Positions 53,081 through 64,000 of a stretch of 64,000 bases of DNA are shown piece by piece. A program made the translations under genes and the position numbers. Source of the DNA: Eledone cirrhosa (Eukaryota). The notes beneath the pieces are model-generated. The model searched no databases. It was not told the DNA's origin and saw only the letters and a list, made by a program, of their open reading frames with translations. The DNA is taken from assembly GCA_964016885.1 (NCBI GenBank), contig OZ024745.1, positions 129,704,001 through 129,768,000 on the forward strand. Reading direction: 5' to 3'. How positions within the stretch are numbered: position 1 is the stretch's first letter; each line of letters opens with the position of its first letter.

Positions 53081-53085
<5 letters not shown>
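52751..53085. mobile_element. Family D fold-back (copy 2): 134-bp near-perfect arms with two variant HHRs (52888-52925 minus, 52972-53009 plus)
   Basis: Arms 52812-52945 and 52952-53085, loop aaccac. cctt-TTGAAAA-gcag aagaa ctgc-GAAA-CCGG-TA-aagg, AATAAA at 53015. (TA)n on both sides. Confidence 0.8.
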
Positions 53086-53114
<29 letters not shown>

Positions 53115-53159
53115 TTGTGTGTGTGTGTGTGTGGCGTGTATATCGGAAGTCGATGGAGA

Positions 53160-53360
53160 AGATCCCAGACATCATATGCTCAAATATTGGGGTGGAACTC
53201 ATCAAATCTGACTACGGAAACAATATTTCCCTTGGTCTATCCAATCCCAAATCCAGGCATAAGGAGCAACGTGAAATAAAGTGTGTGGCTCAAGGACATA
53301 TCCGGGAATCGAAATCACAACCTCACGATTGTGAATCGTATTGTCTAATCACTCAGCCAG
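53160..53360 (-). mobile_element. SINE family 2
   Basis: gagcaacgtgaaataaagtgt..gctcaaggac..gggaatcgaa.tcacaacctcacgattg. Confidence 0.75.
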
Positions 53361-53738
53361 ATATATCTATATAGTGGAATTAGATGATAGAACAAAATAT
53401 TCACACAATAATTTTAATAATTCCAAAGATACTTGAAAATGACAAACGAAGTCCTACAAACTAATGTCACTCTTTGGGATTGTAAAATGCATGCTTAACT
53501 TGTGTAAATAATCTTTAAAATCTTCAAGTTTGATGATAAATACAACACATTTATGTATCAACACGGCAGTCTGATATATACACATACGTGCATGATCACA
53601 CACAAACCACGTGTTTATAATTGTATGTGGAGGTGTGCTTGTGAATATATGTATATAAATACATATATAAATATACACACATATATATATATACACACAC
53701 AAATGTATATGCATACACACACATATATATACATTCAC

Positions 53739-53853
<115 letters not shown>

Positions 53854-54097
53854 TATACATATATATTCATGTGTAAATATATATATATATGTATACATGT
53901 AAATACACACGCACAAGCCTACACACATACACACATATATATACACACACACATATATATATATTTAACAAAACATATATATACATATATATACAATATA
54001 TATATACATATATATATACATATATATATATAACAACACATATATATACATATATACAACATATACAATATATACAATACACACACATATATATACA

Positions 54098-54130
<33 letters not shown>

Positions 54131-54141
54131 CAATATATACA

Positions 54142-54179
<38 letters not shown>

Positions 54180-54682
54180 GCACCCAACACATACGCATCA
54201 TCACATGCTATCATAAAAGTCGGATCCTTTTATAAAAACAAGCCACTGCACATTCCTGAACTCACCAACCCATGATATTCAGATATTATAGTCTCACAAA
54301 AATAACTTACCGCTCTATAATTCCCCGATGTTAGGCCAGAGAAAATTTCCTATTAGACATGTCTTGCTTTCTCACTTCTCTCTCTCTCTATATATTTTTT
54401 CTTTCTCTCATTCTCTTTTTACCCCCTCTCTTTCTATCGTTTTGTCTTTCCCACTCTTTCTTATCTTTCTACTAAACATTTCTTCTCTCTTCTTTCTCTA
54501 CCTGTATCTTTCTCTTTCTCTCTCTCTCTCTTAGTCTTTCTCTCTCTCGTTCTCTCTTTCTCTCTTTTAATCTTTCCCTCTCGTATTCTCGCCATTATTC
54601 TTCTACTAGACATTTCTCTCTTTCTTTCTTTATCTCTTTTAATCTTTCCCTCTCTTATTCTCACCATTTTCCTTTTACTAGA

Positions 54683-54756
<74 letters not shown>

Positions 54757-55556
54757 CCTCCCTCTCTCCCCCTCTCTCTCTCTCTCTCCTCTATCCCACG
54801 TTACGTCATTGTATATATCTACACTTATATTATCCATCTCTCATTATTTTCTAGTCTATCTCATTTACCTTCTGTTTAAATCTATCTGCCCCTCTTGTTC
54901 ATATTCTCTTTCCTTTTCATTCTTTATCTCTCTATGTGTTTAGACATTGTATTCATTTACAGGTACACATATTCGTTGAAAACTTATAGACAGGATATTA
55001 AACTGGAATCCATCCAATGTACAGCAAAACCAACACAGTGTAAAGATATCCACTCGAGTAAACGAGATCAAAAGCCAGCGAGGTCCTTTGATATTTAGAC
55101 ACCATAAAACACACCCCATTAAGTTGATTCATATATAAACTTACTTCAGTATAACAGAATGTATTTAAAATCAATGTGTGCACTTTTGTAGCAAATTTCA
55201 CTTATCAAATATAAAAATAATCCAGAGATATCTCAAGTGAATACACACGGAGAGGAGAATGGAGTCTTAGCATGTGGTATGCAGTATGATACAGTCATTT
55301 ATCTTGTTTCTAACACCCCCCCCCCTAATTCAACACTCGCTATTATCTCTCATATATCTCCTTACTACTCGCTTTCACATTTCTCTTTTCACTTGCGCCT
55401 ACCCCTCACGTTTACTTTTCTCCCCGATGGCGCGTCTGTCTGTCTCTATCTTACTCTCTCTCCCTATATATATATATGTGCGTATATATCTGTGTGTGAG
55501 TATATGAATGTACGCGTTTGTATGGAAGTACGTTTAAGTACACATACACGCACAAA

Positions 55557-55641
<85 letters not shown>

Positions 55642-55702
55642 TTATATATGTGTGTATAAAAACATATACTCATAAATATATATATAAACATATAAACGCA
55701 CG

Positions 55703-55744
<42 letters not shown>

Positions 55745-55859
55745 TATTGTAATGCTTGAAGCATACTGGTGCGCAGCCATTGTTACTTCGCTTACTATAA
55801 CTGCTCTTCCTTTGTTAGTCATTGATGAATGAGGAAGTATGGCACCAAGCATTTATTTG

Positions 55860-57250
55860 TGAAGCCCGACAGCAGAATGTCGACAGCTCCCGAGGAATAT
55901 GTCTTCGATCAACAGCTGGGAATATCTTAGCTTATATTTTGTTAAACAGATTAAGTGAGCATATCTTACCTGAAACTCTGTATGGATTCTCAGGAAGAAA
56001 AATCACTATGGACATTATTTTCTGTCATCACCAAACTCATGAAAAATGCATTGGGCAGAACATGCCTATGTATACAATGTTCAGAGACTTTTCCTCACAG
56101 TATCCCGTGATAATGTTCATAGACCTTTCCTCACAGTATCCCGCGATGGACTTTGAGAAGTTCTTAAGAAACATAGATGTTCCCAAAGGTTTATCAACTT
56201 GGTCAAGTTTCTACACAAAAGAATACAGACATTTGTCGCACTGTAACACAAGGTAGCAACACTTCAAGTGCGAGTGTGATAACATGGAGTTAAAGAAGAG
56301 TGTATACTTGCTCTAGCACGCTTCTTCGGCTATCTTACAGCAATGTTAGAGGTTGCCATCGACTGATTTGGCGTAGAGATTCACATCCAGACAGAGCATG
56401 ATGCTGATCGTTTCAATGTTGCATAGTTTCAAGTCACACACTATCAAGATCCTAGTACGAGAGATGCTGTTCGTTGATGTAGTGCGTTGAAGATATAAAA
56501 AGATATGCAGAAACTAGTTAATAACTTTGCCAGAACTGCATCACAGTTCAGCTTAAAAATTAACATTAGGGAAATTTAATACCTTTACTAACATGTAAAG
56601 AACATTCCTGCCCCTGTAACAGAAGAAAACATCACTATTAGACATGAAGGACCTATCTAGCATTAAAAAAAGACTCAAAGCATTCAAATATCTAGGCAGC
56701 GCAATCTCAGATAACGCATGACTGGGCGGGGAAATCACATACACAAAGACCAGAGCTATTGCTGCATTTGTCAGGCTACAGGAGAGACTGTGGAGGAACA
56801 GGTATATTTCTATACTGATCAAAAGTAAGATATAACAGGCTATATTGCTTCTTTCCTTACTGTATGGAGCTGAAAACTGGACAGTCTATAACGCTCAAGT
56901 AGTCACGATACATGCATATATGTCAAGATAGCTGTGGCAAATCATGAATATTACTGTTTTTCTTTTCACAAGATCAGGATTTAAGACATACTCCAGTGTG
57001 TCGGTTTGCCTCCTATGATGAAATTCGTCATTGATAGAAACTTATGGTTTGGGGGATACGTACGCAGGGTGGACAACAGCAGACTTCACAGACAACTTCT
57101 TTATTCGTAAATATGTACGGGGGTCGGAGAAACCAAGGAAGGACTAACCTGAAATTCAAAGATATTCAAATGCAAAAAGGAATACGAACTTGAAAGGTAT
57201 TGATCATAACAAATTGCAAACTCAAGTGAAAAACCAGTCAGAGTTACAAA
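55860..57250 (+). pseudogene. RTE-clade LINE reverse transcriptase pseudogene
   Basis: RGICL.STAGNILAYILLNRL..LPE..YGF...T.D.IF..Q..EKC..QN.P.Y..F.D; GVKEECILA; MLFVD; FKYLGSAIS; AAF.RL.ERLW; LLYGAENWT; RQLLYS. Many stops and frameshifts. Confidence 0.88.
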
Positions 57251-57303
57251 TTTAGCAAAACTTATCAAGCCATGTCAAACCCACGAACAGTCATAGTCCC
57301 GTC

Positions 57304-57386
<83 letters not shown>

Positions 57387-58289
57387 CATATATATATATA
57401 TACATATGTATGTGTGTGTGTGTGTGTGTAAATGCAGATAGAGAGGGAGAGGGAGAGAGAGAAAGAGAGCATGAAACCTACATTTTTTACACATATACAT
57501 GTATATATACGTGCGTTAGTTTGTATAACACTTATTTTGTTGTTGGTTGTTCGCGAGGCAACAAAGCTTTATCACACTGGGCGAAGTAATAAATTAAACA
57601 TATTAATACCCTTCTCAATGGCTATTGGATATCTAGTTATTTAATATTTCATTATGAATACACTGATATCGTTTTCGATATGTAGATTATTACATAAAAT
57701 ATCACATAGCTTTCGTCCAACAAAGGATATTAAACGATGTATACCGGAGTGCAAATCAATGCTGCTCGTATTTAGTTAATGGCGATCATTTGGATAGGAA
57801 GAAATATACGAGCAAGGAGCTTTATTTTAAGTATCTTTATTGTCAAAATATGTAGTCATGGATGTTTCATGTATATCGGGCAATAAATAAGGAGAATTGT
57901 CGTCACCGTCGTATGAGCGTTAATTGCAATTTCTGTTTGAAACACAAGTGCCGATTCAATGCAGGATTCTTATCAATGTTCATTTATAAATATCTTTCAA
58001 AATAAATGTGTGTATGTATGTGCGTATGCGTAAGTGCGTGAATGTGTTAGTGCGTGCAGATGTGTCTTCCCGTGCTTAAAAATGGTGGCTTTTCTCTAAG
58101 AACAAAATTTGTTTGTCGCTGTATTTCTAATAAATGAAATGTAATATTCATAATCCGCAACAACGTAAGTCCTATTATAACATTGAGCATTTTAATAAGG
58201 TTCGTTATTTACATGATGCACATGAGAATGAATTCGTAAAACATTGGTACGAGTCTATCATAACGATATTTATTTATTATTTCCTATAT

Positions 58290-58332
<43 letters not shown>

Positions 58333-58464
58333 TATAATATTATTTATATAATGATTCTAGTATTTAACCTATATAGTAAAAGTAACTCAATTAGATTTAC
58401 AAAAAAAGAATTTAAAATGTCATCCCCTTCCTTCGTTATTGCGTATTGATGCGCTCGTTCAAAT

Positions 58465-58680
58465 GAAGGCATATGGGATTGTGGTCCGTGCGTTGAATTG
58501 GACATAAGGACGTAAGGACGTTGAATTGGATCCTATACCGTTGTGTTTGTGTTTCTTTTTTATTTATAAAATATTTCATTTCACCTTGCTCTCTCAATTA
58601 GGAGTCGCAAACGGTATGTAATATCAGCAATGTAAATACCAATGGAAACATTGTTTCTTCGGTCCAATATTATGATCGGA
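58465..58680 (+). mobile_element. Diverged SINE family 2
   Basis: gaaggcatatgg..gtggt head and tail matching 45200-45300. Confidence 0.55.
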
Positions 58681-59012
58681 TCCTTTCCTTACTTCGTTTA
58701 TATGGATAACATTCCTCTATTTTAAATGTACAAATGAGAAAATTGATTGTTTAATCTCATTATAAGTTATTATTTATGTTCTTGTTCAAGGAAACTTGAA
58801 ACTGAATTACTATGTAACTTTATCTAATATTACTGATATTGTCGTATGTTTTCTCCCATAATTATTCTTACTTAGTGTAACAGGAAGCCACCGATATGAT
58901 TCTTCATTGTCAGAATGCTGCTTTCATTTTCTCTTTGAATGTCACGTAGAAATATATATAGATATACAGGGTATCACAAAAGTCACCGACACTAGCCCTT
59001 TTCAAATTAATA

Positions 59013-59254
59013 TACAGGGTAAGCATAGTCTTTCTTTATTTCGTGAAACCACAAAACACACTGAGCTTTTTGATTCATAGATGCCATTTCGTTACTGATA
59101 TTACAACTACTTCCCGTAGAAGAAAAAATGTAAAAACTTTCGAAAAACGTTAAATATGATATTTATAAATTAAATCAATGAAAAAGAAAAATCTCAAATA
59201 GTATCCTCGATATAGTATTTTGTAACCAGGGAAAGACTTTATGCACACCCTGTA
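59013..59254 (-). mobile_element. Internally deleted Tc1/mariner element with TA TSD, possibly nested in an older one (58965-59290)
   Basis: TA-cagggt.agcata.gtctttc ... gaaagactttatgcacaccctg-TA. Minus strand encodes MASMNQKAQCVLWFHE, resembling a transposase HTH start. Confidence 0.7.
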
Positions 59255-60134
59255 TATATATAGCATTGTCTGGTGATTTTTCATGACTGTTTTTGTTTAA
59301 TAACATTCTCAAACATAACAACACCAAACATGTCATTCTTTTACAATTGTATTTGTAAAAATTAAGTTTTAATTTTGTTTACTTTGCTCAAATTATCAAA
59401 CTTCTAGTATTTTAGTATGTAAATCGCTTCGGTGTATTAGCTAAAGTTTTTAACATATTTTGCTTGTATAAATAAGACAATCAGTGCATGTTCAACGTTA
59501 TCATGGCAGATGCTTTTTGCACCATCTGATAAATTCCATGTATTTTAAGGTAAAATACCGTAAGATAGAAGGCCAATAATAACTTCTCTACTATACGACA
59601 ACTGATTCTAATTTCTACACAGAGTGTAGATTTCAGATCCATATTTTTTATCTTTGATTTCGCTTCCATTCTCTACATTTCGAAATATACTAATTGGACT
59701 TGAATTGAATTCCTTCGGGCCGACCAAAGCAAACTAACGTAAATTTGGAAAAATGCGCATGTATTTTCGTTCGGCTTTTCATCAATAAAATTTAATTAGA
59801 TATACTCCTTTTGGCATTTCCATTTTAAAATTATCATCCATGCCAAGATGTAAAGGGGGTAAAAGTAAGATGATAATAGATGATAATAATGTTGTTGGTG
59901 AAGATGATGATGATGTTAATGTATTCAACGACGAATGATGATGATGATAGATAATAAGGATAAACGAAATTTACGACCACAAAGACAAAAAAGAAATCTC
60001 TTAAAAATATATAAACATTTCTCAAAGACAGCTCGTAGCTCATACTCAGCACTCCTCATGTATTCAATATAATACATAATAACAGCCACAACACCAGCAG
60101 GACCGTTATTTTCTTTTACATCAAATTGACAATC

Positions 60135-60692
60135 TTGGCAGTATCGGTAGAGGGTCGGACGCCATGCTTTGCAGAGTTATGGCCCTTTATGTTCTGAGTT
60201 CAAATCCCGCCGAGGTTAACTTTGCCTTTCATCCTTACGGGGTCGATAAAATAAAGTACCAGTAATACACTGGGATAATTGCTGGCCTTGTGCCAATAGT
60301 AGAAACAATTATATGGTCTCTCATCCTTCTTATCTTCATCGTTGCCAGCACTACCACTCTCGTTACCGTTATTAGATTGTGTCATATTCCTTTCTATTTG
60401 TTCTCTCTTTGGTCCTCATTCTTTACACACCACCGTCATTATATTTGTCGATAGACGCAACTCCTTTCCTTTTCTTCTTCAACTCCCCATCCTCATTATC
60501 AACATCATCATCAGAGCGTCGGACAGTATGCTTTGCGACATAGAGTTACGTTCTGAGTTCAAAACCCGCCGAGATTAACTTTGCCTTTAATCCTTACGTG
60601 GTCGAGAAAATAAAGTACCAGTAAAGCACTGGTGTCGATTTAATTGACTTTTCCCTACCCCAAAATCGTTGGCCTAAATTAGAAACCATTAT
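60135..60692 (+). mobile_element. Two SINE family 1 copies (60135-60311, 60513-60692)
   Basis: Consensus match. Confidence 0.85.
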
Positions 60693-60999
60693 CCTACACA
60701 TCATCTTCATCCACATTGTTATTACCATCCTAATTATATTCATTACATTTCGTCATCTTTTTCTACATTATCGTCATCATCCTTATCATCCTTATATCCA
60801 GTTTCATTATTGGGGTGAACCACATTAAACGTAATAAGGGATGTTGTTCTATCTCAAACACATACATATGAATTAAATGAAATAGGGATTACATACGTGA
60901 CTCTACCCCTCGAAAGGGAATGGATATTGAATAGATCTAAATTTGGGGTATTTGAACAGCAGAACTATGAACAACAGTCACAAGAGCATCTCTCCGTTG

Positions 61000-61463
61000 G
61001 TTACAACGATAAGTGTTCCAGTTTATACGATCAACGGAACAGCTCACACGTGAAATTCACGTGCAAGTATTCAGCATGCATACTGTTTACGTAGTTCTCA
61101 GTTTCATTCAAAGGGACACAGAATGTGACAGGGCTGGCTCTTCGAGTCAAAAATGCGACTCATTTTTGCCATCTGAGTGGACTAGAGCAACGTGAAATAA
61201 GGTGTTCTGCTGAACAATATAAAGCGCCGAGAGGAATAGAGCTCTCGAACTTTCGATCATGTACCGATTAATCTAATCACAAAACAACGTGCCTTCACAA
61301 CGAAAATATGTATTCATTATTGTTTCTTTATTCTATGGACCCCGTAAAGATGAAAGGCAAGGCTAACCTCGACAGGATTTGAAATCAGATCGTAAAGGAG
61401 CGTAACCCTATGCCATAAAGCATATTTTCAGACGCTTTACCGATACGGCCTATCCACCGCCCT
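61000..61463 (-). mobile_element. SINE family 2 (about 61000-61297) and SINE family 1 fragment (61338-61463)
   Basis: Reverse-complement matches to both consensus sequences. Confidence 0.65.
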
Positions 61464-63452
61464 CAGTTATATGAAATAGATTTTGAGCAAACTCTTAACA
61501 TTTTGAGAAGAAATCATAATGAAACGAACCAATAGCCAATTTTGCCACAAACCATATACAATGCAAGGGCAATTGGATGATGTGGTACAGTATACAGTTA
61601 TGAAATTGGGTTCCTGAGAAGGGCATTTTGAGTAATGTTACTCGAAAGAGTGCGTACCTCGGCGATCAGAGAGACGCTCCATGTAGGGAACTCTGCATCC
61701 AGGTCTCCCCCAAGAATAATAGGGCGAAAACATATATATTAATTATTTTTATATACAGTAAAGTTCCCAATGTCTATTGTAGTACTTGGGTGTATACAAT
61801 ATTCCTAATCAAAATAACTCGCATTGTCAAGGTCTGAGCTTCCCCATTAAATGTTGTGTACCGAAATGAAATTCCAGTTACCTACATTCAAAGTCATGGT
61901 CTATAACTTGAAAGATGCAGCCGCAGGTGTGAGCCCCGCGAGTTGGAGTGGCTTTTCTAGCGCGTCTCCCTTGCTGTCCTCAGGGGAAACGCCTTCTCTA
62001 TTCTAACCGCTGGGGCTGTGGGGTGGAGGAGGTATCGCGTATCATTCCATATGTAGTTGTGGTCGGTGTGTGTGTGTTTGTATATATTGCTTTTGTTTTC
62101 ATTCAGCATCATATCATTCTTCATTGCTTTTCTCTAATATTATCTTCCATCATACCAACTCTGTCAGCATGTACATTCAATCACATATTGATTCCAAATG
62201 TTGGCACGAGGCCAGCAAATTTGTGGAAGAGGCGAATGTGATTGACTTAAGTACTTAATTGTTACATTATTTTATCGACCTTCCGCCATCCCGAAGGATA
62301 ACAAGTCACAATAAAGACCGCAATGGAAGTATAACCCCAGATCTATCAATTCTGCCAATCCACCTCTCTCTATTCAGTCTTTTATGTTAAAGAGCATGGA
62401 GTGTAGACGCTTGCTACACCACAGTCAAGTGAGTCGTTTATCAGATAGAAACAGTGATAATAATTCGCAAAATTAAGTTTGAATGCAAAATTTATAATTT
62501 CTTAATAATAAATACATGCTTCAAAATTCTATTTCCTGGTTTCAGAGGTCATGTGCGGGGCATCTCCTGGACAATATGAATGTATGACATTTACTTACAA
62601 TATAAATAGTTTAATTTCAAGAGTGTTTGAGAGAACTGATATCCTGATTCAGGTTCTGCATTGGGTGGCTTTCTCAATAGAATTGCTGACTTCAATTGGT
62701 TACATTAAACAATTAGACATTTACTAATATAATTCACTAATGGAATTCCGTTAGGCTGAGCTATACAGGAAATTATATGTTGGCCCATTTTCAGAAGCAC
62801 TAGCAGTATTACTACTACTATTACCACTACATCTACAGATTGTTATTATCATCATCGTTATTAGTATTATTTGTGATGGTGCTGGTGGAGGAGCTAAGGA
62901 TGCTGATTAGTGTATTGATTGCAAAAGGAAAGTTGAAATCTTGAAGTTATTTGTTATATTCTAGTTCATAATGTTACAGCAAACGTCAGCCCAGCTCTCT
63001 GTGTGTGGGGCAAATACTTTTTCCCTAATTTTTATTGAAAACATTCTGCACGTTATTATCGAAGATATTAGTAACGCTACTTTCTTTATATTACACATAT
63101 GTAAATTCTAGATTTGTTGCTACATTGACCGTGGCTTTTTGTGGGCTTTCTCCACCAGTAACAATCAGAGTTCTTCCCAAATTGGAGAATTTGGTATATT
63201 TGATTTTTTAAATGTTTATTTTTTAGTCTTTGATATAAATTTCATTTTACACAACATTCACACACTGTACCATCCTGAATCATCCCGTGCCGACTTTAAT
63301 GTTTTCTTAATGTGAGTCCTTTGTGGTTAATAAAGAATTTACAACATAAATCGCTCCACCTGTTTATATTTTAACATTGTTATGCAACACACAGTATTAA
63401 CATTTATGACTATTTTTACTCAATGTTTTCGCCCTAAAATACTAGATAATGA

Positions 63453-64000
63453 TAATTGTTTCTACTTTTTGGCACAAGGCCAGTAATAATCCAGTACATT
63501 ACTGGTACTTTATTTTATCGACCTCTGTATGGATGACAGGCAAAGTTAACCTCGGCAGGATTTGAACTCAGATCGTAAAGAGACGTAACTATGCTGGAAA
63601 GCCTGTCCGACCCTCTATGGTTCTAATTTAGGCACAGGGGGAACAATTTTCGATTAAATCTACCCCAGTACGTTACTGTTGCTTTATTTATTGACCAGGT
63701 AAGGATGAAAGGCAAAACTAACGTCGGAAGGATTTGAACTCAGAACGCAATGGCACATAACTCGGTTTCCAACGCTTTAATAATAATGGTTTCTTATATA
63801 GGCACAAGGCCAGCAACCTTGGGGGAGGTGAAAGTCGATTAAATCGATCCCCAGTACATTACTGGTACTTTATTTTATCGACCCCGTAAGGATGAAAGCA
63901 AAGTTAACTTCGGCGGGATTTGAACTCAGTCCATAAAGGGACGTAACTGTGCTGCAAAGCATGGCGTCCGACCCTTTACCGATACTGCCAATCCACCGCC
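63453..64000 (-). mobile_element. Three tandem SINE family 1 copies
   Basis: Units at 63453, 63621 and 63781. Confidence 0.85.

Overview
AT-rich, microsatellite-saturated eukaryotic non-coding DNA. The SINE families and repeat landscape resemble an octopus/cephalopod genome; this is inference, with no database check. No host protein-coding gene can be supported, and nearly all supplied ORFs are translations of simple repeats. The window is a transposon mosaic: about 30 copies of one tRNA-derived SINE, about 7 of a second, Tx1-like and RTE-clade LINE remnants, mariner/Tc1 remnants and MITEs, a Helitron 3' end and a Penelope-like element (PLE) GIY-YIG endonuclease fragment. The most striking signal is at least 7 distinct families of short (130-400 bp) non-coding elements embedded in (TA)n/(CA)n tracts. 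They carry type-I hammerhead ribozyme (HHR) motifs, including a U3-A8 compensatory core variant, often followed by AATAAA and a shared ACTC...GAGT stem-loop. Many occur as head-to-head fold-back palindromes, and in two families the turnaround falls where HHR stem II would lie. All structures and coordinates were read by eye and need computational and biochemical confirmation.
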